Positions 1 through 8,944 of a stretch of DNA of 64,000 nt are shown in pieces. The position numbers and the translations under genes are program-made. The notes below the pieces were generated by a model. It did not search any database, was not told where the DNA came from, and worked only from the letters and a program-made list of their open reading frames with translations. Source of the stretch: Betaproteobacteria bacterium (GTDB lineage: Bacteria > Pseudomonadota > Gammaproteobacteria > Burkholderiales > Burkholderiaceae_C); the NCBI GenBank assembly GCA_031371275.1, contig JANMJI010000021.1, forward strand, positions 2,369 to 66,368, read 5' to 3'. The stretch's first letter is position 1. Each line of letters starts with the position of its first letter.

Positions 1-1152
1 CGCGGCGGCAGCCAGCAGCAGCACGGCCCACAGGAAAGGCGCAGCCCAGCGGTCGGCCGTGGCCAGCAGCGCGGGGCGCTGTGTGCGCGCTTCGCGCATC
101 AGCGCGACGATGGCTTCGTAGCGCGTGTCAGCACCGAGGCGATCAACGCGCATCACCACCGGCGCCAGCAGGTTCACGCTGCCGGCCACCACCGCGGCAC
201 CGCAAGCCTTGGCCACCGGGTGCGACTCGCCCGTCAGCAGTGACTCATCGGCCGCGGTGGCGCCTTCGGTCAGCACGCCGTCAGCGGCGAAGGGCTGGCC
301 GACGGGAATGCGCAGCAGGTCGCCCGCGTGCAGCCGCTTGATGCTGACAACTTCCACCCCGCCGTGTGGCAACAGCCGCAGCGCCGTGTCGGGCAGTTGT
401 GCCGTGGCGGCTTCAAGCAACTGCTCGGCATGGTGGCGTGCGCGCATTTCGGGGTAGCGACCGCCGAGCAGGAAGCTGACGAACATGGCCAGCGAATCGA
501 AGTAGACCTCGGTGCCGAACAGGCCACCCGGATCAAAAGCCGCGCCGCTGCTGGCGATGAAAGCCACTGCGCTGCCCAGCGCCACCGGCACGCCCATGGC
601 GATGCGCCGCGCGCGCAACGCCCGCCACGCGCCGGCAAAGAAGGGCTGGGCCGAGAACCACAGCACCGGCAAGCTCAGCAGCCAGCCGCCCCAGTCGAAC
701 AATTGCTTCAGGTCGGGTGCTAACTCTCCAGATCCACTGACGTATGCCGGGGTGGCCAGCATCATGATCTGCATCGCACAAAAGGCGGCGACGAACAGAC
801 GCCACAGCGCGCTGCGGGCTTCGGCCTGGCGCAAACCGCGGGCCGCGGCGGCAGTGTCGGGCGCGGCGCCGTAGCCTGCGCGCTTGATCGCGCGCACCAG
901 GGCCGACGGGCGCGTCAGGTCAGCGTCCCAGCGCACCGTGGCGCACTGCGCTGCGGCACTGACGCGCGCGCCCAGCACGCCGGGCACGCGCGCCAGTGCC
1001 TGCTCCACCGTGCCGGCGCACGCGGCGCAGTGCATGCCGGCAATGCGCAACGACGATTCAGCGAAACGCCGGCCGCCGGCCTGCGCGTCCCAGCGCGTGA
1101 ACGCATCGGATTCGACAGCGTCGTCCAGCACCGACGCCCCCGCAGTGCTCAA
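1..1152 (-). CDS. ccoI: Heavy-metal P1B-type ATPase, CcoI/FixI-like (3' end runs off the window)
   Basis: Manual translation of an open frame missing from the ORF track: TTG start near 1152 (uncertain), HMA motif GMHCAAC, YFDS in the membrane region, A-domain DESLLTGES. CcoI/FixI rather than CopA/ZntA is inferred from the N-terminus and the FNR context. Confidence 0.75.
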   Translation of the reverse strand, partial: MSTAGASVLDDAVESDAFTRWDAQAGGRRFAESSLRIAGMHCAACAGTVEQALARVPGVLGARVSAAAQCATVRWDADLTRPSALVRAIKRAGYGAAPDTAAAARGLRQAEARSALWRLFVAAFCAMQIMMLATPAYVSGSGELAPDLKQLFDWGGWLLSLPVLWFSAQPFFAGAWRALRARRIAMGVPVALGSAVAFIASSGAAFDPGGLFGTEVYFDSLAMFVSFLLGGRYPEMRARHHAEQLLEAATAQLPDTALRLLPHGGVEVVSIKRLHAGDLLRIPVGQPFAADGVLTEGATAADESLLTGESHPVAKACGAAVVAGSVNLLAPVVMRVDRLGADTRYEAIVALMREARTQRPALLATADRWAAPFLWAVLLLAAAA

Positions 1153-1207
1153 AGCCTTGCCAGGCGCGGCGTCGGCCAGGCGTGCGTCACGAACATCAAA
1201 CTTGCCT

Positions 1208-1576
1208 TCAGGTCTTGAGCATGCCGGCATGTTGAAGAAAATACTTGCGCGCGAACGCCACCAGCTGGTTTTCGCTCAGGCGGTCAACCACTTCGTAGGC
1301 GACGATGTGCGCAGCCGTTTGCGGCCGGTGCTTGTCGGCGTAGTGACGGAAGTCGGCTGTTGCCGTGTGCGAGCCGGTGACCAACACCGCGCCGACGTCG
1401 TCCAGCGCGTCACAGAGCGCGCCGAAGAATTCATGCTCAGCCCGCACGCCGCTGCCGTGCTGCGCGGTGGGGTGCGTGTGCGCCTTGAGCTTGTTCGCCA
1501 GCACCTGCTCGGCGTCGAATTGCAGCACCTGGGCAGACTGGTGGTCGGTCCAAACCACAGCGTGAAACAGACTCAT
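1208..1576 (-). CDS. Small eRF1 domain-2-like / 'translational machinery' protein (122 aa, baeRF-related)
   Basis: Start MSLFHAVVWTDH with RBS AAGGAA, His-rich loop (AHTHPTAQHGSG), LVTG, C-terminal QLVAFARKYF. These match my recollection of this family. The ORF-track extension to 1813 is spurious. Confidence 0.7.
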   Translation of the reverse strand: MSLFHAVVWTDHQSAQVLQFDAEQVLANKLKAHTHPTAQHGSGVRAEHEFFGALCDALDDVGAVLVTGSHTATADFRHYADKHRPQTAAHIVAYEVVDRLSENQLVAFARKYFLQHAGMLKT

Positions 1577-1648
1577 GGGGAGATTTCCTTTGTGGTTCGC
1601 GGCGAGATTGCTTTGCCTGCATGTTCGGCCTGCAACGGGCTGACCACC

Positions 1649-1662
1649 ATGATCCATCTCAA
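1649..1662 (-). promoter_or_regulatory. Putative FNR/ANR-family box for the leftward operon
   Basis: ATGAT-CCAT-CTCAA versus consensus TTGAT-N4-ATCAA (2 mismatches). Centre is about 80 nt upstream of the ATG at 1576, compatible with a -41.5 class II site. Confidence 0.5.
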
Positions 1663-1720
1663 GTCGGCGAAGGCTTTCCTTGTGGCGCAGGTGTTTTGCA
1701 GGCACGGCCTGAATGCGCCA

Positions 1721-1734
1721 TTGACGCCGATCAA
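1721..1734 (+). promoter_or_regulatory. FNR/ANR/DNR-family box
   Basis: TTGAC-GCCG-ATCAA, 1 mismatch to TTGAT-N4-ATCAA, in the divergent intergenic region about 105 nt upstream of the pat start. Confidence 0.75.
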
Positions 1735-1831
1735 GGTCGGCGTCCTGTGAGCGAGCATCATGGCGCGTCATTGGGCGGCACATGCCTGCTGCAGGGTGCG
1801 CCCTGGCAGCCACAACACCACGGGCCTACAC

Positions 1832-4571
1832 ATGAGCATTCGCAATCTCGATCAATTGTTTGACCCGGCCTCTGTGGCTGTGTTCGGCGCGTAACAGCGC
1901 GCCGCCAGCGTGGGCGCCAGGGTGTGGGCGAACCTGCAAGGTGGTGGTACGGGTGGCTTCAAAGGCCCGATATTCGCGGTCAATCCGAAGCGCTACGCAT
2001 TCGACGGGCAAGCCGTGTTTGCACGCGTTGCCGATTTGCCGTGCATTCCCGAACTGGCTGTGATCTGCACGCCTGCGGCCACCGTGGCGGGCTTGATCGA
2101 CGAGTTGGGCGCCCTTGGAACACGCGCCGCGGTGGTGTTGACTGCCGGGCTTGACGCCGCCCAGAAAATCGCGATGCTCGCCGCCGTGCGCCCTTACCTG
2201 CTACGCATCCCTGGGGCCCAACTGCATCGGCCTGCTGGCGCCGCACATCGGCCTGAATGCCAGCTTTGCGCATACGGGTGCCGTGCCTGGTGAGTTGGCC
2301 TTCGTTTCGCAATCGGGCGCGCTGGTGACCACGGTGCTCGACTGGGCGCGCGCCCAAGCCATCGGCTTTTCGCACTTTGTGTCGCTGGGCGAGCACGCCG
2401 ACGTCGACTTCGGCGACATGCTCGACTACCTGGCCAGCGACCCAAAGACACGCGCCATCCTGCTGTACATCGAATCCATCACATCGTCGCGCAAGTTCAT
2501 GTCCGCGGCGCGCGCTGCGGCACGCAACAAGCCGGTGATCGTGGTCAAAGCCGGTCGTTCGCAGCAGGGTCAGCGCGCGGCTGCGTCGCACACCGGCGCC
2601 CTGGCTGGGTCAGACCTGGTCTACGACGCAGCCATTTGCCGCGCCGGCATGCTGCGTGTGGACACGCTGGCGCAATTGTTCCTGGCGGCTGAGACGCTGA
2701 CGCGCTTTCGCACCAACCGCTGCGAAGAACTCACCATCCTCACCAACGGCGGCGGCGCTGGCGTGATGGCTGCCGACGCGGCGTCGCACGCCGGGGTGAA
2801 GCGGGCCGATCTGAGCGAGGCCACGCTGCAAAAACTGAATGCGCTGCTGCCCGCCAACTGGTCGCGCGGCAACCCGATAGACATCATCGGTGACGCTCCG
2901 GTGGAACGCTATGTGCAAGCGCTGCAGGTCTTGAACGAAGACCCCAAGGCCGGCGCCGTGCTGTTCATCCACGCCCCCACGGCCATCGTGCCCAGCGCCG
3001 ACATTGCGCGCGCGCTGGTGCCGCTGGCCAGCCATCCCACGCCCCGCCTGATGGCTTGCTGGCTGGGCGCCGCGGCGGTGGCGCAAGCGCGCCAGATTTT
3101 TCAGGACGCGGGGATCGCCGGCTACCCGACACCCGAAGAAGCGGTGCGCGCGTTTGCGATGCTGGTGACCTACCGCCGCAACCAGGCCCAACTGATGGAG
3201 ACGCCTGCTGACCTGCCGTCCACCGTGGGGTCGGGCAGCGCTGGCCACAGCGCCGATACAGCCGCCGTGCTAACGCTCATACAGCACGTATTGGCCGAGG
3301 GCCGCGACATGCTCACCGGGCCGCAAGCCAAGGCCGTGCTCAGCGCCTACGGCATTGCCGTGGTGGCCACCCGCAGTGTCGGCCCGCAGCCGCAGGCCGC
3401 GGTCAACGCCGCCCAGGCCATCGGCTCTCCGGTGGTGTTGAAGATGCTGTCGGCCGACATCTCGCACAAGTCAGACGTTGGCGGCGTGGCGCTGAACCTC
3501 GACAACGCTGCGGCAGTGGATGGCGCCGCGCAGGCCATGCTGGCGCGCGTGCAGCAGGCCCGGCCCGATGCGCGCGTGCAAGGCTTCACCGTGCAGGCGA
3601 TGGTGCGGCGCAGCCATGCCCAAGCGTTGATCGTCGGCACCAGCATCGACAGCGTGTTCGGCCCGGTGATCCTGTTCGGCCAGGGCGGCACCTCGGTCGA
3701 AGGGGTGGCCGACCGCGCGGTGGCCCTGCCGCCGTTGAATGCGACGCTGGCCCACGCACTGGTACAGCGCACGCGCGTGGCCAAGCTGCTGAACGGATTC
3801 AGGGATACGCCGCCGGCCGACCGGGCGGCCTTGCACGCGGTGCTGGTCGCGCTCTCGCAACTGCTGGCTGACGTGCCGCACATTGCCGAACTGGACATCA
3901 ACCCGTTGATCGTCAACCACGAGGGCGCCATCGCGCTGGATGCGCGCATCCGTGTCAGCAGCACAGCGCCCGCCGGGGCCAGGAACTTCGCCATCCGCCC
4001 CTACCCCGCGCAGTGGGTGGAAACCGTGGTCTGGCAGGGCCGCACCCTGACGCTGCGGCCGATCCGGCCCGAAGACGAAGCCCAGCATCTGGAATTCCTG
4101 ACGCACCTCGACCCTGCGGACATACGGATGCGCGTGTTTTACAGCCGACGCAATATCGAGCACAGCGAACTGGCACGGCTGACGCAGATCGACTACGAAC
4201 GCGAGATGGCCATCCTGGCTGTGGCCCCGGGACCGGATGGCGTGGAAGAGACGCTGGGCGTCGCGCGGGCCATTGCCGACCCCGACAACATCGATGCCGA
4301 GTTCGGCATCGTCGTGCGCTCCGACCTCAAGGGCACGGGCTTGGGCAGCGTGCTGCTGCACAAGCTGATCCGCACCGTGCGCGAACACGGCACCCAACGC
4401 CTGGTGGCCACGGTGCTGGCCGAGAACTCGCGCATGCTGGCGCTGGCACGCAAGCTGGGTTTTGTGGACGGTCGGCCCGCGCTTGCGGGTGCTACCCATG
4501 CCTACGGCACACATGAAATTCATCTCGTGCTGCCAGCGTCGCGGGCGGCAGGGGTTGCGCTGCGGCAATGA
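1832..4571 (+). pseudogene. pat: Pat/PatZ-type protein lysine acetyltransferase (NDP-forming acyl-CoA synthetase-like domains + C-terminal GNAT), disrupted
   Basis: ATG 1832 MSIRNLDQLFDPASVAVFGA, then in-frame TAA at 1892-1894 where GAS is expected. A +1 frameshift at CCC 2209-2211 breaks R-I-L-G-P-N-C. Downstream motifs SQSGA, TNGGG, NPIDIIGDA, SHKSDVGGV, ELDINP and GNAT motif A (KGTGLG) are present. Confidence 0.9.
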
Positions 4572-4616
4572 CGATGACCATCCCAACGCGCGGCCCGATC
4601 GCCTCATCGAAACCAA

Positions 4617-4637
4617 TTTCCGTACCTTTTCCGTACC
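4617..4637. repeat. Direct repeat TTTCCGTACC x2 (11-nt period)
   Basis: Copies at 4617-4626 and 4628-4637, about 80 nt beyond the tRNA-Val 3' end. Confidence 0.7.
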
Positions 4638-4640
4638 GCC

Positions 4641-4691
4641 AAGAAAAAGCACCGGGCGTTCACTGAAAGTGCGCGCCAGGTGCTTGTTCTT
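4641..4691 (-). terminator. Rho-independent terminator downstream of tRNA-Val
   Basis: Long imperfect inverted repeat AAGAAAAAGCACCGGGCG / CGCCAGGTGCTTGTTCTT. On the minus strand it ends in TTTTTCTT. Confidence 0.75.
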
Positions 4692-4716
4692 CCTACCGCC
4701 TGTCCTTGCGGAAATT

Positions 4717-4793
4717 TGGTAGGCGCGAATGGACTCGAACCATCGACCCCCACCATGTCAAGGTGGTGCTCTAACCAGCTGAGCTACGCGCCT
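4717..4793 (-). tRNA. tRNA-Val (GAC)
   Basis: 77 nt: AGGCGCG acceptor stem, D-arm TAGCTCAGCTGGTTAGAGC, anticodon loop TTGACAT, T-loop GTTCGAG, encoded CCA. A -10-like TATACT lies at 4807-4812. Confidence 0.97.
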
Positions 4794-4842
4794 GAGTCAG
4801 CCACGAAGTATATCGGACCACTCGCCGCCGAAGACACGGCCC

Positions 4843-7131
4843 TTACTTGCGCCGCGCGTGACGAACGCCCGCCACGCGGCCGATCTGTGCCAGCGCCGGG
4901 CCCAGCCGGGCGGTGTCGGCCACTTCCACGGTGAAGGTCATCCAGGCCGTGCTGCCGTCTTTGGCGCTTTGGGTGTGGACGCCGGTGACGTTGATTTTGT
5001 CCTTGGCGAAGACCTCTGAAATGTCGCGCAGCAGGCCGCCGCGGTCGGCGGCTTCTATGACCACGTCCAGCGGGTAGACGGGCGCTTTGTCGTGGCCTGG
5101 CGTGCCCCATGCGACATCGATGCCGCGGCCAGGTGACCTCAGTACCATCTGGCGCAGGTTGCTGCAGTCGCGCCGGTGTACGGCCACGCCACGGCCGCGG
5201 GTCACGAAGCCGCGTATCGCATCGGGCGGCGCGGGCCGGCAGCAGCGGCCCAGCGTGGTCAGCAGCGAGTCCATGCCGACCACCAGCACGCCGCCGCGGC
5301 CACCGCCTTCTTCGCTGCGCGAGCGGCTGAGCAGCACGCGGTCTTCGTCGGGCACGGGCTCGGCCGGGCGCAGCAGGTTTTCGATGTTGCGCAGCGAATA
5401 TTCGTCCTTGCCGACCACCTCGAACAGCGCCTCGGCATTCTTGAAGCCGAGTTGTTCGGCCAGCGCCTGGCGCTCCATCGCCGTGCGGCCGGTGCGTTGC
5501 AGCAGTTTTTCCACGGCTTCACGGCCTTTTGCGATGGTCTGCGCCTGTTGTTCGGCGTTGAACCAGGCACGCACCTTGGCCTTGCTGCGCGGGCTGGCCA
5601 GGTAGTGCAGTTCGGGGTTCAGCCAGTCCAGCGAAGGGCCACCTTCCTTGATGGCCGTAATGTCCACCGTCTGGCCTGACAGCAACCGCGTGTGCAGCGG
5701 CACCATCACGCCGTCCACCCGCGCGCCGCGGCAGCGGTGGCCCAGGCTGGTGTGCAGGCTGTAGGCGAAATCGATGGGTGTGCCGCCGGCCGGCAGGTCG
5801 ATGATGGTGGCCTGCGGCGTGAAGACGTAGATGCGGTCGCTGTCATCTGCGGCCGGCGCGGCGCCGCCGCTGGCAGGGCCAAGGCTTGCGAAGTCACGCT
5901 CCCAGGCCAGCAGTTCGCGCAGCACGGCCTTGCGTGCTTCGGCGATGCGGTCTTCATGGTCGCCGCTGGCGGCCACGCCGGCGTAGCCCTTGGCCCCCGC
6001 TTCCTTGTACATCCAGTGCGCGGCCACACCATGTTCTGCATGTTCGTGCATGGCGCGCGTGCGTATCTGCACTTCCAGCGGACGCGCATCAGCCCCCAGC
6101 ACCACCGTGTGCAGGCTTTGGTAGCCGTTGGGTTTGGGGCGCGCGATGTAGTCGTCGAACTCGCCGTCCACCGGCGTCAGGGCCGCGTGTACGCAAGCCA
6201 GCGCCATGTAGCAGGCGGGCACGTCATGCACGATGACGCGCAAGGCGCGGGTGTCGAACACGCGCGTGAAGACCAGGCCTTTGGCCTGCATCTTTTTCCA
6301 GATGCTGTACAGGTGTTTGGGCCGGCCTTGCACGTCGGCAGGCACACCGGCTGCGGCCAACACGGCCACCAGTTGTTCGCGCGCGGCGACCACGCTGTGT
6401 TCACGTTCGGCACGTTTTTCATCGACCAGGCGCGCCACGCGCTGGTAGTCATCGGGCTGCAAAAAGCGAAAGCACAGGTCTTCCAGTTCCCACTTGATCT
6501 GCCAGATGCCCAGCCGGTTGGCCAAGGGCGCAAACACCTGCTGTGATTCGCTGGCCAGCGCTTCGGGGCAAGGCTTGCGCTGGGCCGCAAACCAGCGCAG
6601 CGTTTGCAGGCGTGAGGCCAGGCGCAGCAGCACCACGCGCAGGTCGCGGCTGAAGGCCAGCAGCATCTTGCGCACACGCTCAGTTTGCAGGCCATGCCCG
6701 CCATGCCCACTGTGCGCCGGCTGCACCACGCGCGCGGCACGCTGTATCTGCACCAGCTTGCGCGTCAACGTCACCAGGCTGGCGTAGCTTTCACCAAAGG
6801 CCTTGCGCACCACTTCTTCGGGGCGCTGCAGATAGTCACCTGCATAGACCAGGTAGGCGGCTGCGCAGAGCGCTGGCCCGGCGCCAATGTGGCGCAGCAC
6901 GGCCGCCGTGCCGTCGGCATGGCCCAGCGCGTCTTCGCCGGTGTCCAGCACCTGGCCGGCCAACAGCGGCTCGGCAAAGGCACGGGCGCGTTGTACCGGG
7001 TCGCCATCCGCTACTTCGGGTGCAGCGGACGCATCAGGCCCATCCGGCACAGCGGGCGCAGCGGCAGCGGCGCTGGCCAGGTGCACGATGGCGGCCGTGC
7101 CTTCGGGCGCGGCGGCCTGCGCGGTTTTCAT
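4843..7131 (-). CDS. relA: GTP pyrophosphokinase, (p)ppGpp synthetase RelA
   Basis: GRPKHLYSIWKKM, EFDDY (RelA-type EXDD), KPNGYQSLHT, TGS, CC-RP zinc finger and ACT domains. The HD hydrolase motif is degenerate. Confidence 0.95.
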   Translation of the reverse strand: MKTAQAAAPEGTAAIVHLASAAAAAPAVPDGPDASAAPEVADGDPVQRARAFAEPLLAGQVLDTGEDALGHADGTAAVLRHIGAGPALCAAAYLVYAGDYLQRPEEVVRKAFGESYASLVTLTRKLVQIQRAARVVQPAHSGHGGHGLQTERVRKMLLAFSRDLRVVLLRLASRLQTLRWFAAQRKPCPEALASESQQVFAPLANRLGIWQIKWELEDLCFRFLQPDDYQRVARLVDEKRAEREHSVVAAREQLVAVLAAAGVPADVQGRPKHLYSIWKKMQAKGLVFTRVFDTRALRVIVHDVPACYMALACVHAALTPVDGEFDDYIARPKPNGYQSLHTVVLGADARPLEVQIRTRAMHEHAEHGVAAHWMYKEAGAKGYAGVAASGDHEDRIAEARKAVLRELLAWERDFASLGPASGGAAPAADDSDRIYVFTPQATIIDLPAGGTPIDFAYSLHTSLGHRCRGARVDGVMVPLHTRLLSGQTVDITAIKEGGPSLDWLNPELHYLASPRSKAKVRAWFNAEQQAQTIAKGREAVEKLLQRTGRTAMERQALAEQLGFKNAEALFEVVGKDEYSLRNIENLLRPAEPVPDEDRVLLSRSRSEEGGGRGGVLVVGMDSLLTTLGRCCRPAPPDAIRGFVTRGRGVAVHRRDCSNLRQMVLRSPGRGIDVAWGTPGHDKAPVYPLDVVIEAADRGGLLRDISEVFAKDKINVTGVHTQSAKDGSTAWMTFTVEVADTARLGPALAQIGRVAGVRHARRK

Positions 7132-7159
7132 GCTGGGTTCATGGCAGGTTCACGGTGGG

Positions 7160-8038
7160 TCATGGCGCAAGCAGAAAGCCGCGCACCACGCCCCGCTGGT
7201 CGGCCGCCACCAGCGTGGGTGCATGGCCCACGCCGGCCAGTTCATGCAGTTGTGCGCGCGGGCCGCGCTGCGTCATGGCCAGCGCGGTGGCCGGTGAAAG
7301 CAGGTCACTTTCAGCGCCCCGCAACAGCAGCGTGGGCGCGGTGACGCGGTCGTAGCTGTGCCACAACATGGCTTCGCCGGCGGCAGCCAGCTCGGGCGTG
7401 ATGGCCCGCACCGGCACCGCAATCGCCGGGTCGTAATGCGACTTGAAACCGGCCACGCCGTCTTGTTCCTGCGCCACCAGTTGCGCTCGCGTCAGCGCCA
7501 GCCACTGTGCACGCGTGTGCGGGCCAAAGCCTTGCGAGATGGCCCACAGCGCATCGGCCGCTTCGTCCACCGTCTTCCAGTGTTGCGGCTGGCCCAGATA
7601 GCTGCCGATGCGGCGCAGTGCTTCGGGCTGAATGGCGGGCCCGACATCATTGAGCACCAGCCGGCGCAGCGGGCTGGCCGGCAACGAAGCCAGCACCAGG
7701 CCGATGAGCCCGCCCATCGACGTGCCCACCCAGTCCAGCTGCGGCACATTCAGCCGCGCGATCAGCGTCACCATGTCGGCCACATAGGCCGGTATCGCGT
7801 AGCCGGCGGGGTTGGCCAGCCAGTCCGAGTGGCCGCGGCCGACCACGTCGGGGCAGACCACGCGGTAGTCGCTGGCCAGGTCTTGCGCCAGCGTGTCGAA
7901 GTCGCGGCCCTGGCGCGACAGGCCGTGGACGCAGACGACGACGCGCGGGTTGGCGGCGTCGCCCCATTCCCAATAAGCCATGCGGTGCAGGCCCATGGCA
8001 CCCAGGCATTGCACATGGGCCAGGCGCGGTTCGGTCAT
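7160..8038 (-). CDS. Alpha/beta fold hydrolase
   Basis: HGLSRQGRDF oxyanion region, GTSMGG nucleophile elbow, C-terminal GHAP. True start taken as ATG 8038 because the longer ORF overlaps bdhA. Confidence 0.88.
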   Translation of the reverse strand: MTEPRLAHVQCLGAMGLHRMAYWEWGDAANPRVVVCVHGLSRQGRDFDTLAQDLASDYRVVCPDVVGRGHSDWLANPAGYAIPAYVADMVTLIARLNVPQLDWVGTSMGGLIGLVLASLPASPLRRLVLNDVGPAIQPEALRRIGSYLGQPQHWKTVDEAADALWAISQGFGPHTRAQWLALTRAQLVAQEQDGVAGFKSHYDPAIAVPVRAITPELAAAGEAMLWHSYDRVTAPTLLLRGAESDLLSPATALAMTQRGPRAQLHELAGVGHAPTLVAADQRGVVRGFLLAP

Positions 8039-8101
8039 GGTGGGCTCGGTCTGCGGCAGATAATGAAAGCATCGTATCAACCACTGCGCGGAGCCCACTT
8101 C

Positions 8102-8872
8102 ATGCTCAACGGAAAGACCGCCCTCGTCACCGGGTCCACCAGCGGCATCGGCCTTGGCATTGCGCTGACGCTGGCACGCCACGGTGCCCACATCATGCTC
8201 AATGGCTTTGGTGATGTTGACGCCGCGCTGGCCCAGGTGCGCGCCCATTGCCCCGAAGCCGCTTACCACGGCGCCGACATGAGCAAGCCCGACCAGGTTC
8301 TGGACATGGTGCGCTCTTGCGAATCCACCTTTGGCAGCTGCGTCATCCTTGTCAACAACGCCGGCATCCAGCATGTGGCGCTGGTAGAAGACTTCCCCGT
8401 CGAAAAGTGGGACGCCATCATCGCCATCAACCTCAGTGCTGCCTTCCACGCCATGCGCGCGGCGCTGCCGGGCATGAAGCAGCGCAACTGGGGGCGCATC
8501 GTCAACGTGGCATCGGCGCACGGGCTGGTGGCTTCACCTTCCAAGAGCGCCTATGTGGCGGCCAAGCACGGGCTGGTCGGTTTGACGAAGTCAGCGGCGC
8601 TGGAAAGTGCCACCACCGGCGTCACCGTCAACGCCATCTGCCCGGGCTGGGTGTTGACGCCGCTGGTGCAAAAGCAGGTTGACGCCAAGGCCGCCGCTGA
8701 AGGCATCAGCAACGACCAGGCCAAGCACAACCTGTTGGCCGAAAAGCAGCCTTCGCTGCAGTTCACCACGCCCGAAGAACTGGCCGAGCTGGTGGTCTTC
8801 CTGTGTTCACCTGCCGCGCAAAATGTGCGGGGTGTGGCCTGGGCGGTGGACGGCGGCTGGACGGCGCAGTAG
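8102..8872 (+). CDS. bdhA: 3-hydroxybutyrate dehydrogenase (SDR)
   Basis: TGSTSGIG, NNAGIQH, YVAAKHG, ICPGWVLTPLV and EKQPS, all typical of HBDH. Confidence 0.92.
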   Translation: MLNGKTALVTGSTSGIGLGIALTLARHGAHIMLNGFGDVDAALAQVRAHCPEAAYHGADMSKPDQVLDMVRSCESTFGSCVILVNNAGIQHVALVEDFPVEKWDAIIAINLSAAFHAMRAALPGMKQRNWGRIVNVASAHGLVASPSKSAYVAAKHGLVGLTKSAALESATTGVTVNAICPGWVLTPLVQKQVDAKAAAEGISNDQAKHNLLAEKQPSLQFTTPEELAELVVFLCSPAAQNVRGVAWAVDGGWTAQ

Positions 8873-8944
8873 CCCACTGTTGTCCGCCGTGGTCCGCTGT
8901 GGTTTGCTGCCGCCCGCCGCTATCAAACGCAAAAGCCGCAGCGG

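Noticed and set aside
1892-1894. Recoding (Sec/Pyl/readthrough) of the in-frame stop in pat
   Set aside because: The codon is UAA, not UGA or UAG, the expected residue is Ser (one base from TCA), and a separate frameshift follows.
7160-8521. 453-aa version of the hydrolase, and the 504-aa version of bdhA (7358-8872)
   Set aside because: The extensions are antisense overlaps of each other. The real starts are 8038 and 8102.
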